64,000 bases of DNA from Scyliorhinus canicula. Lineage: Eukaryota. Location of the stretch: NCBI RefSeq assembly GCF_902713615.1, contig NC_052153.1:96288301-96352300 (forward strand), written 5' to 3'. Below, piece after piece: positions 1 through 11,544 of this stretch (position 1 is its first letter; each line of letters opens with the position of its first letter). The notes under the pieces were generated by a model. It ran no database searches. It was given only the letters and a program-made list of their open reading frames with translations, and had not been told where the DNA came from. Position numbers and translations under genes: made by a program.

Positions 1-790
1 TATTCCGCATTCATATTTGTCCTTCCAAAATGGACAACCTCACACTTGTCAGGGTTAAACTCCATCTGCCACTTCTCAGCCCAGCTCTGCATTCTATCTA
101 TGTCTCTTTGAAGCCGACAACAGCCCTCCTCACTATCCACAACTCCACCAATCTTCGTATCATCTGCAAATTTACTGACCCACCCTTCAACTCCCTCATC
201 CAAGTCGTTAATGAAAATCACAAACAGCAGAGGACCCAGAACTGATCCCTGCGGTACGCCACTGATAACTGGGCTCCAGGCTGAATATTTGCCATCCACC
301 ACCACTCTCTGTCTTCTATCAGTTAGCCAGTTTGTTATCCAACTGGCCAAGTTTCCCACTATCCCATGCCTCCTTACTTTCTGCATAAGCCTACCATGGG
401 GAACCTTATCAAATGCCTTACTAAAATCCATGTACACTACATCCACTGCTTTACCTTCATCCACATGCTTGGTCACCTCCTCAAAGAAGTCAATAAGACT
501 TGTAACGCAAGACCTACCCCTCACAAATCCGTGCTGACTATCCCTAATCAAGCAATGCCTTTCCAGATGCTCAGAAATCCTATCCCTCAGTACCCTTTCC
601 ATTACTTTGCCTACCACCGAAGTAAGACTAACTGGCCTGTAATTCCCAGGGTTATCCCTATTCCCTTTTTTGAACAGGGGCACGACATTCGCCACTCTCC
701 AATCCTCTGGTACCACCCCTGTTGACAGCGAGGACGAAAAGATCATTGCCAACGGCTCTGCAATTTCATTTCTTGCTTCCCATAGAATCT
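1..790 (-). mobile_element. CR1 LINE, ORF2 RT region; 5'-truncated, continues beyond window start
   Basis: Minus-strand translation gives [27 protein letters not shown] and KFADD, homologous to the CR1 at 52314-54071. Confidence 0.9.
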
Positions 791-831
791 GTTACTGAGT
801 TACTGAGTTACTGAGATCCCATAGTTACTGA

Positions 832-1288
832 GAAAGATTGCAGTAAGGCATATGCTTGAACTGGAATGTCCACAATCATGAGGTACTTAAGGAGAATTAG
901 AGGTTGCCTTGCTGGATACTGGTGGAAAGATGCCAAAAAGTCTCATACCTTGGAGAATAGCAGGAACACTGAGGAGAAGCCAACTGAATTCCTGCGAGCT
1001 GTGGCACACTTGGCTTGATGCCAAGAAATGTGAATGAGCCCACAAGATGCTGCAAAATATAGGAGAACTCTTGGGTGACTACAGAAGTAGAGAGCATAGT
1101 TCTTTGAGGTTTTGAGGCGAGTTGTTTACAAAATATAATGTTACATTTGCAGTACTTGTTTGGTTTTATTCCTGTACAGTAATGTTTCTTTCTTTAAAAT
1201 GTGAAAGCTTATAGCATAGTTCTTTGAGTTAATAATGTGGAGTTCTAATTCCTTTTTAAAAGTTAATTGTCTCCACTGAGATCATACC
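832..1288 (+). mobile_element. Partial Gypsy-type LTR (3' part)
   Basis: Ends in GATCATACCA, resembling the ...CATAACA LTR end seen at 43816; no 5' end or TSD found. Confidence 0.35.
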
Positions 1289-1677
1289 ACAAGACTAACA
1301 GGTATGTAATTGCCTCTGTCTTAGATTTCATATAACTTTATGAGCTATGTAAGTAGTATATATCTTGCTGTACACATGAGAAATTTCTTCTAAATGATGC
1401 CAGGTGGCTACCATGAAAATCTTGTACATCAGGACTTGTGAAATTAATATCAATATCAACTTTTACAGCATGAGTGTAAAGGTTGATGAAGATTGTAGAT
1501 ACCTGCCTATGTCTGAAATTTAGTTGGACCTAACCCATTCGACAGATCTGGGTTGGTTTTGGATGAGATACTAATTTACACCACACATTATCTTATGTTC
1601 CATCAATTCCTACAAATGTGGGAATCTGACTCTTCTATTAGCTGATGGAACTAATAAGATAATTTGTCTGTAATATT

Positions 1678-3942
1678 GGGTGAAATTCTCGACCTTGCAA
1701 TGTCGCAGACATGAACAGCGATCGGGCGAAAAATCAGGCGTTGGGCCAAAATCAAGGTCGGCGCCTGGCAACGATTAGGGAACCATGTTCCGGTCCCTCC
1801 CTGGTGGCTATAACGAGGTTTGCGCCCCGGGCTGGCGGCGGCATGCAAAACCGTCATTTGCATGCCGATTGCACGTTTGACCTACTATGCTCCGAACCTC
1901 TACAATGCTCCACCCCTCTCAGGCAGATTCGGTGTGTCCCCCTCAGGATCGGGGTGGCCTGATTCACACTGCCATTGCTGCAGTATTTGTTTTAAACACA
2001 CCCATTTGGTACAAGCTACAGGCCCCTGGCTGCTCACTCTGCTGACTGCTCACTGTGTCCTGCAAATGTTCACAGAGCCACTGGTCATTTGGGTGCCCAC
2101 CCAGGCCGCCCCTCTGGAATCCCTCAGACCCCCAGCTGGCCCATCAATGGGATGGATGTGGCCAAACTCAATCAGTGGCACACCAGGTGCTGCCATTCCT
2201 CAGCGCACTCGGCTGCCTCATTGCAGGGGAAGCAGGGGTATTGCAGAGCTTACCCCAAAGGACACATGCACCATAGCCTTTGGCACCCTCTCTGGCCCAC
2301 TGCCCCTCTTAGGGCAGAGGCTGCAACAGTGACACTATCAGCTAGCCCACTGCTCAGAACCACTAGTTGGCGCCAAGCCCTGCCTGCCCACTATGCCCCC
2401 GGACAGGTTGTCACAACTTGTGGGACACACCCAGGACCCACATCACATTGCAGCTACACTCCTAGCAGATGCACACTTCCCTGCCTCATCCTCATCTGTA
2501 GCACCTGCCCACATGCAAGCTTCTAAGCATGGAGGTGACTGTGGCATATGGTGACCATCTCCACCGCACAACCAGGTGCCACCCTTCTGGTGGGATAATA
2601 CACAGCCCATCCAATGAGGACACCAACAAAGGCACCACTGGGGATAAAGGACAGAGGGGGGAGGATAGAGGCTGCAAAGCCTATCTGCTGACACAGGTTG
2701 CGGCAGGCACTGGTACCCCATTGACAGGGATGGGTGGTGAGGATGGAGGCTCCATACCAGACCAGGTGCCACTCACTGATGGGGACAGGGGTCCAGTGTG
2801 AAAGGCAACATATCTGGGGGAACGGCTGAGGGGTTGGGGGACATATGGAGGCTGGAGCTGAAGTGCAACTCATGGTCACCATGTAGTCTGTTGGATTTAG
2901 ATGGGCAGGGGTGTATTCATCTTGCTAACATGTCTTTTCTCCCCCTGGAGAGAATGAATTCTGGAGTACAGCCAGGGACTTTGGAGTGCAGCTCGCTGTC
3001 TATCTGGCCACAGCTGCCATTATGGACACACAGAGGCTGGAGACCCAGGGCCTGCTCAGGGAGGACCCTGCACAAGAGGAACCTGCCCCAGAAGAGCAGT
3101 GGCCAGCCGGAAAGGCTCGAGTGCCGACGCCCATTTGACCGAGGAAGAGATGCGAAAGAGGCACTGCATCAGGGCATGTGTATACCGTCAGCGGCTGTCC
3201 TTCGAGGAGCTGACGGAAGGCGTGCGCAGCCAAAGACCGGCTAACCAGGGAGACCATGTGCCATCTGTGCCAGATGATGGCGCACTAGGCACCACAAGGG
3301 TATGGAGGAGGATACCCACTCCCGGCGTCTATCAAGGTCGTAGTCGGCTTGAACATTTATGCCTCTGGGTCTTTTCATGGGCCGAGCGGGGACCTGTTTG
3401 GGATCTCTCAGGCATCCCTATACAGGTGCATCTGCGCTGTGATGGCTGTCCTATGCATCCAGGCAGCAGACTACATAAACTTCAATCTGGACCAGACACA
3501 CCAGGATGCCCTGGCAGCAGGATTTGCTGCCATCGCTGGTATGCCCCTGCACATGGGGTGTCTCCTCCAGCCTGCGTTGATGCTTCTGTCTTTTCCGGCA
3601 TCTGGCAACCTGGCTCCCACCAGCATCGTGAGGGCATCCTCTGAAGGATCGACAATACCAGCCATTCTGATCTCTGGAAGGAATTGGAGAGAGAGACCGA
3701 CAAAAAACAGTATGAGAGACCCACGCCATCGGGAACTTGGCCTGTCGCGGGTGGAGCAGCGGGGGGAGGGCCTCGGGAAACGTCCTGAGGCAGTTGATAT
3801 GGCTAGAGTACTTCTAGAGTATGCCGCTTTGGAGGGGGGGATCATCGCAAAAGCGGCTCCGCCCCTGATTTCGTCGCAAACAGGGATTCTCCGGCCAATC
3901 GCCGGTTGCGATTTTGGCATCGGAGACCGGACAATCCTGCCC
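1678..3942 (+). mobile_element. PIF/Harbinger DNA transposon, internally deleted or composite
   Basis: TIR-like ends GGGTGAAATTCTC ... GACAATCCTGCCC; GC/CpG-rich; contains a transposase remnant. Confidence 0.8.
2954..3560 (+). pseudogene. Harbinger (HARBI1-like) transposase, N-terminal half; frameshifted, truncated before the DDE core
   Basis: VYRQRLSFEELT, KVVVGLNIYASGSF..GDLFGISQASLYRCI, YINF..AAGFAAIAGMP. Confidence 0.85.
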
Positions 3943-4694
3943 ACCATATAATCCCTCACATGTTTCTCAATAGAAACCGAAGATAAGCCTGAGAATGTGC
4001 TATCATGTCCAGAATTTTGTCATACAAATGATCTGACCATCAATGTGTGACTTGTTCCATGTCTGTCCCTCCCACATGGCCCAATCCCACCGGAACTCAA
4101 ACTTGCCATCCACATATTCCACTGGCACTCAAGGTGCACTTGAACATCCTTGACTTCCAGCGTGTTTAACCCGTGCTGATATGCCAGTTACATGCAGCAT
4201 TCACCACACCAGCAACAAAAGCATTTCTTCAACAGCATCATCAGGTGGCCCATTTGGAACAATGCCATACATCAGGCCCCGCAGCATCGTCTTGTTTCAA
4301 ACCACATTGCCTTCTGGATTCGTACATCATTCTGAGCCCGGTATTCCAGGATCCAGTATCTTAGAAAAAAGTTTCCTTCTTTCCTGCTATAGTAAAGGAT
4401 GGAAACAGTAACAGCAGCACCAGGCATCTGCAGCTGCCAGCTGCCAGCAGGAGCAAGCAGCAAATGCAACCTGGAGCTGTGAAGTGCTGAGAGCTGTGAA
4501 ATGCTCACATAAAGACAAACTCCTTATTAGCAATAGCCTTCAACTGTGAAGCTAGAGGCTGCTCACAGTCAGGTGGAGTTAAAGTGACCCTGAGCATATA
4601 ACCAAGAACAGGGCTTAGTCCTGGAAATGTTTGGTCAAACCAGACAGGCAGCAGGTGTAGTTGCTGTTGTTATTGGTCTCCACAATATTTAAAG

Positions 4695-5189
4695 ATGGCT
4701 TGTAGGCCTCTCGGATTAAACGGCACTCACCCCCCACCCTGGCCCAGGGGCAACCCCCAGCCTGGAACACTTCAGCCTACCGACCAAGCCCAATTAACAC
4801 CCTCCGCCCCACCGAGCACTATGGCAGCACTGCATGCCCGCAAGTGGAAATGGCTCCTCCTCCTCACCTCCTCAGATCCGTCAGCAGCCATTGTGCCAGC
4901 TTCACATTTTTAAAACGTAGTACTAAACGACACTCATGTGATTTCTCACTGGGGAGCCATTTAATTCCCGGGAGGCCTTGCATTCAACTTCTATCTTGCT
5001 AATGAGATGGAAACTGATGTGAATTGGGGTTAATGATATGCTCGCCATATTTGGGCAAGATCCGGATCTCGCTTTCAGGAGCGGACCAGTTAAATTGTAA
5101 ACTGATTTGTGTCCGATGCAAATTTCAATTTTGGCCTTTCCCGCTATTTAATCGGCACACAGGCACTACATGATGGTTAAATCGTGCCT
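4695..5189. mobile_element. Harbinger terminal fragment
   Basis: Similar to the right end of the 46784-50018 element (TTTTAAAA..GTACTAA ... TTAAATCGTGCC). Confidence 0.6.
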
Positions 5190-6825
5190 TTAGTCTCCCA
5201 AATGGAGAACTTTGTCCATTATTTTAGGAACCCCTTATCATTAAATCAGTCCACAACTATATTAATTTCCCAGCAAGTCTGACAAGAAGCAATGGTGTTA
5301 TGCCTGCGAAAATGTAAAATATTAATATGCAATTGGAATTGCTTCTTTGAGAAACCGGGGTAGTGGAGACCAATTGTTTTGAGCAATACCATTGCTTTCT
5401 TCTGTTTGTGACTGTATCCCTCCTTTTACTTCTCTTTCTGACTGTGCCACTTAATATCTGCTGTTTGTAACAGACTGATTCATCACTGAAATGCTAATAT
5501 AGATCAATGATTTAGTGTTAAAATATTGTTTGCAACTTTAGTATTTACAGCCAATATTACAGAGCAATTCTGATATGATAATGGCAGCTTTAAGGAGCAC
5601 AACGAGTTATAGTCTGCAAAGGGAACTTGCATGGTGCACTGACAAAAAGATAACTATTTACTTTTTAAAAATTTGTTGTTTTCTTGTTTAATCGTGGAAG
5701 TTTGTTATTATTCTGGGAACATAACACAACTTAGTTCATTCTAAATGATTACACTTGAAAGAGCAATATTGATGTAGCATTCACACAAGCATCTTTGCTC
5801 TTGATTTCAATTTGCATCAAGCAACTCTGAAGAGGAGTCAATTGAACTCAACTCTAGGCTGCACAAAGCCATCCTTGTTACGGATAACAGCGAACAGTTT
5901 GTTTTGCTGAATAGACAATTGTGCCTTTATGCATCAAGCTATAAAAGAAAACAAATCCTATTTATTAGCAGTCTAACTTATGACGCACAAGACTCACAGG
6001 GAATTATAGTCCTCTGCATCACACATTTTGCTCTTAGGGTGGAGGAAACCCTGAAAATTGACAAAGGGGAAGATACATTTTTTAAAACTGGTGCTATCCA
6101 TTCTTCAAAGGGCCATTCTTGTCTTGGATTGGCCTAGGCACATTGGGTTTTAAGTTTTACATGTATGTAGACTACATGCTTTCAAGGAGGTTTGTGATAA
6201 TTTCAGTTCGTGCAAAATATATATTTCCGAATAATGAAATGAGCATTTTGCACACTGAAGGAACTATTCAGTTCAGCAATTCAAAAATAAATTCAGAATT
6301 GTTTAATTACTTCCAACAGTACTAATCATAAATTTGCTATGGTTTTCTAATACTTGTCTTGCAATATCATAATCATTCAAATTGGTAAAAGCAATCAGAT
6401 TTGCTGAGTTTAAAGAGCCACAATCACAAGATTGAAGTAGTAAATAAAACACATACATCAGAAAGTAATAGTTTAGAAATAGTTATGAGGGATGCTATAG
6501 TTTGATGCCTAATGGGCCATGCTAAAATTCTTCTTGTTCATTGAGGAATTTAGTACAGGCACATAAAGCGTTCATTCAATCACACAGCGAAGAGGAATTC
6601 TAGCCTAATTTCAACTTCATTATAACTTCACCTTATCCTTTTATAATACTAGAAACTCAAGAACTGTATTTCCACAATTTTTTTTACATAATTGAAGCAA
6701 TTCCTTACCTTGAGCAATACATTTTAGAGATCATTGCAGTTGAATATCAAATATATATCTTGATGCAAAAATCTCCATACTTCTAAAGCATACTAGAGCT
6801 CTGTATTAATTTCAATTAAAGTATA

Positions 6826-7165
6826 ATACTTGCATTGATGCAGCATTTTATCATGTCATAATGTCTCAAAGTATTGCACAGAATGAACTAATGCAAATAA
6901 ACATGGCAACAGTACTGTGCCAGCAATATTTCATAAATGTTTTGAGTGGGTATTAATAGTAAGGAAAAGGTTAACCTGGATAAACAAAATATCTTCTTCC
7001 TCTTTCTCTTTTTCAAAGAAAACTGCAATGAGTCTTTATCATTCTCCTGAACCTAACAGGAACTCAGTTTAACATCTTACCTGTCCGACATCTTCAACAG
7101 TGCTGTACTCAGTATTCACTAGACGGTACCCGAGATTATGAGCTCACTCTTGGTATGGGAGTGAG
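6826..7165 (-). mobile_element. Degenerate DeuSINE (SacSINE1/AmnSINE-like)
   Basis: Minus strand GAGCTCATAATCTCGG..GAATACTGAG..CAGCACTGTTGAAGATGTC..GATGTTAAACTGAG resembles the Deu-domain SINE; L2-like tail ...CATCAATGCAAGT. Confidence 0.55.
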
Positions 7166-7644
7166 AGGTCTGCTCACTTCTGTTAGCTGACAGAAGTGCT
7201 ATGTAGGGTAGGGAATGCATAGCAACTGCTCACATTCTGTCAGCTTTACCTGCTAAAGTATAGCAGAAACCTTGAGATATGCAAATGGAATTTTCCACCA
7301 TACCTTCAGTGAAGTACTGATGGTAGAACATCTCTGAGGGATTTCCCTCCCAAAGTGTTTTAGATGACCATATTCACATGGACTTTAATGGTGCCGTGGG
7401 TCCAGTTCCAGCTGTTGATTTACTTGTGTGTCAGGGAATAATTTCTTGTTCATATCCAAACTTTGTTCATCACATCATGTGCCATTACTGCTGTTACCAT
7501 ATCATATCTGAAAATATTAGGCTAACATTTTCTGCCAAAATAACATCACGTCTAATGTGCACACCATTATTAATATGCAAAGCACCCAGCAGATTGTGGC
7601 AAGGCAGAGATAGCCCATACTGTTGATCACAATAAGTTGCTGGA

Positions 7645-7930
7645 CAATTGATTGAGTTTTTGATGAGATAACAGAGAGGATAGATGTGGGCAATGTGATT
7701 TATGTAGTGTATATGGACTTCCAAAAGGCGTTTGATGAAGTGATATACAACAACCTGCCAGCACAGTGAAGCCCATGGGACAAAAGGGCAACAGCAACAT
7801 GGATATGAAATTGGCTGAGTGACAGGAAACAATAGTGATTCACAGGCTGAATGAAAGTATAAAATGGAGTTTCCCAGGAGCTGCCACTAGGAATTACTGC
7901 TTTTTGCGATATCTGTTAATGGCCTAGGAT
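7645..7930 (+). mobile_element. Old CR1 RT fragment
   Basis: TTGATTGAGTTTTTTGA, YMDFQKAFD motif, GGAGTTTCCCAGG. Confidence 0.75.
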
Positions 7931-8382
7931 CCAGGAGCAGTGAACGAAATGGCCAATGAGTGTGACAACCTGCTAACTCTGTTTTGTCCCCGTGTGGAGG
8001 AGGGGGTATGCCCCGGTACCCATCTGCTCTTATTAAGGAGGTAGCTGACAGTGTTGTGGGTTCATTGAGAGCCTTCCCCAGGTGAGTATTTTTTTAAATT
8101 TTGATGGAGGTGGCTGGACTTTAGCAGCTATTGGGTTTTAGACTAGCTTCATGAAGGTGTGAACCATGAATTGGAGGCGAGAAGCATTTGAAAGATAAGT
8201 AAAATGGTTTTGCCTCCTTTACATTAAATACTGAGGTCTGAGTAGTATCTCTGTCCATTACAGAGGCAGTGCTGTGAGTAAAAGATGCTAAACGATTTGT
8301 GAATTTTCCCCAAAATAGACAGTGACACAGCGGACAGGAAAATAGAGAGGAAGCCGCTAGGCTCAAAGATGGATTTACCTGC

Positions 8383-9285
8383 TGTGTCTTTGTGCCCCCT
8401 CACAGGTAAAATTTGATTTTATTTAAAATAACCAAGATCCTGGGTTGATCCCAATAAACTGCAGTCACTAGGTTTGTAATTTTAACACAATTCACCTTTT
8501 ATTACGTACAGTAGTAGAATTAAAAGCACAGAATATGCAACTGATTATTTAATACCCCTTTCCCGACTCTTCCCTACCTAACTACCCCCACCCCCTCTAC
8601 ATACACACACGCACACACACACACACACACAACACAGAGGGAAAAGGTTGGTGGAAAGGGAAAGAAAATATTAATAAAATTAAAAGGATAAAGATCTTTG
8701 ATGAAGTGGGGTGACTTCTAGTTATAAGTTTTTCTGAAGTTCAGCTTTACTTTTGATACATCTTCCTTCTAGGCTTGAGATGTTTTTCTCTGGCAAGTTT
8801 GTCTACTTTCTCTGTAGACTGGGCATCATTTCAGGTTCACAGCAAAGGATGTGCCAGACACTCACTGCTTTCAGAACAATAGAACAGTTATTTCACTTCA
8901 GCGAACAGGCGAGAGAGAGAGAGCGCTCCTTTCACTTCCAGGCTCTAAGCGTTTCTGCCCAGTTCTCTCAGAAAGCATCACACAGGAACCAATCACTGAC
9001 CACTCTATGGCAGAACATTGTCTCTTGCCAACCCACTGATTGCCAGCTAACCAATCGATCTGACTGCCTCCAAATCTAGTCCCAAAAATTCAATCGGTGC
9101 CGAGGAGTTTGGCTTCTCATCTTAAAAAACAAACCCTGGGAATAAAAAGTGCATTGACAAGCAGATTTTTTCAACTTTTGAGTCTTCTGCTTAAAGGCAC
9201 ATCCAAGAATGGGTCCACGGACTAAAATAGTAAAATAACATAAACAAAATGGGAACAAAGGAAATAAACAGGAACGGTTCTTACA
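8383..9285 (-). mobile_element. Probable solo LTR (~900 bp) with internal (CA)n and (GA)n
   Basis: TG...CA ends flanked by CTGC/CTAC (4-bp TSD, one mismatch); TTTATT near 8498 gives a poly(A) signal on the minus strand. Confidence 0.45.
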
Positions 9286-9289
9286 CTAC

Positions 9290-10000
9290 CAAATCATCTC
9301 TGCACCTTCTTCAGTACATCTATATCCTTTTTACAATATGGTGCCCAAAACTTTGCACAGTAATTTAATGAGGTTCAAAACAGGTTTTGCATAAGATCAA
9401 CACTTTTTCCAAGTAATACATGACCTCCCTATTCTTCCATTCTCCTGACTAGAATGTGGGGTGGGATTGTCCGTCTTGTCGCAACAGTTTTCTGGTATGG
9501 CGCACCCCCATCAGCAGTGGGATTCTCCGTCCCGACAGCCGGCCAATGTGATTTCCCATTGTGGGCAGCCCCACATCATCCGGAAATCCCTGGGCATGGG
9601 TGCATTGCTGCGCAACGGAGAATCCCGCCAGAGGAGAATCCAGCAGTTGATATCTGACATTTATCTGTGTTGACATTAATTTGCCAATTATTTGCCCATG
9701 CTGCAAGTTTATTAAATGTCCTCCTGTAATTTGTTGCAGTCCTCTTCAATATTGATGAAACCCATCCCAAATTTGGTATCATCGCAAAATTAGAAATTAA
9801 ATCCAAATGATCAATGTAAATTCTGAACAGCAGTGGTTCCAGCACCTCTTTCAACCTTCTACCACTCTGAATAACTACTCTTTACTCACACATTTTGCTT
9901 TCTGTCTTGAAGCTAGCTAGCAATCCATTCTGCCACTTGTCCCTGCCTCCATACCGTCTGACCTTATTCATTTGCCTACTATGGGACAACTCATCCTTAG
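9290..10000 (-). mobile_element. Old CR1 RT fragment interrupted by a MITE
   Basis: Minus ORF 9576..9854 EPLLFRIYIDHLD..ISNFA..KLAAWANNWQINVNTDKC. Confidence 0.75.
9457..9643. mobile_element. Harbinger-type MITE
   Basis: GGGTGGGATTGTCC...GGAGAATCC ends; same family as 24440-24649 and 29700-29842. Confidence 0.65.
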
Positions 10001-11544
10001 CATTCTTTAAGAACTGTTGACATCAGATAATGCACTCCATGACCCATGTGTGCTTCCAGCACTGAAAATGTTTTTAACTGTGTTCATCTTGCTGTAAAGA
10101 ATTTATAGTGCATTCTCGACATTTTCTTTCCAGTTCTGCCTGGCTCCAAATGAGGTGCCTCCAGCAGTCATGTTAAGGACCAGCTGTGTAGACTGCTAAA
10201 GAACCCGAACACTCGAGTGGAGTATCTTCCAAATGAACTTCCAGGAGAGGTTCTGAAAGTGAGTTGCTGCCAGGGATGTTTGACTATTGCTGGAATGCAA
10301 TGTATGTCAGAGGGATTTTAAGCATCCTAGCAGTGCAGAGAAAACCAGGATATTGGGGCCTTTTGCACCATTTTGTCACTATGGTGTCCAATTTCTTTCC
10401 CACAATGTTCTAATTTGAAAACCAGCACTCAAAGAAATCTAAATATCCCATAAATTCTTTAATGTCATTCAATCTTATTACTCCAAAGATCAGCAGGTTC
10501 AAAATGTGCACCATCTTGTACCTAATAATTTCTATTAAAATGTCTTGAATGTCAGCAAATAGATTGAAATGTTAACACAAAACATGAAAATGTATTTAGA
10601 ACAGCAGGGAATTTGAAGATCATTTGTGAAAAAAATTAACAATTAACGACTGAAATGGTTAAATTCTCCTAGCTATTCAAATTCAGTAAGGATTTCCCAG
10701 CAACGTGATCTGGACTCTAGGGATTTTAGCAAAACTTGAGTGTATTTCATTAAAAGCTGCTATATCACTTAGCTAGACCTCCACAGAATGCATGAGTTTC
10801 CAGACGCACACAGACACACCGTCATTGATTACCTCTTGAACAATAAACATTTCAGAATAAGTGAGAGGATTCTACCATGCTAAGAGAAACTGGTACAGTC
10901 TATCACTGTTCCAAAGTGACACATCATTATTTATTCAGGCTGTTTCCAGCACTATGTTTCTAGCATTGGGCTACTTTCTATTTATTTAGTGCCAGGAAAT
11001 TTGCCTAGGTCCAGCATCGGATTCTGCATATGGAGCTATTTGGGTGCAATGCCACATTTTGTATTTTTTTGGTAAGATGTTCAAAACTACCATTAAAGTG
11101 ATAATCAATAGTTATTATTTAACCCTAAAAGATAATTTGCTGTGTGTCACTTTTAAAACTGACCTCACCAGCAGAGGGTTTTGGGAAACATACCACAGCC
11201 TTTTTCAGGAATGGAAACCCTTCTGCTTATGGGCAGATGGCATGAAAATAAAGGAGTTAAAATTTGCCTCTCTCCACTGGCCATAACACCGATCTGTCTA
11301 AAGGTGCTGTTTGCAAAACGTAACACTCTTAAACTTGCCATATAAATGTTTCTACAAATCAAATTAGATGGTAATGTATATTGAAAAGCAATCTGAACTG
11401 AAATGTACCAGAAGCACTTGACACAATGACTTAATTCTTCATTTATATAATGCATTTAACATAAAGACACTTTACAGGAGCCTGATCAGACAAAATCAAC
11501 AGGTCAGACACACCTGTGAGAGCATAACAAGTTGATATGTGAGG

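Noticed and set aside
30-725. Plus-strand ORFs 30..245, 211..537, 366..725 (and similar ORFs opposite other LINEs)
   Set aside because: Antisense shadows of CR1 ORF2, not independent genes
1651-2900. Many overlapping 60-170 aa ORFs
   Set aside because: GC-rich Harbinger interior gives stop-poor frames; no domain motifs
5760-5950. Strong minus-strand acceptor TTTTCTTTTATAG at 5939
   Set aside because: All three frames stop early and no clear donor; no support for a coding exon
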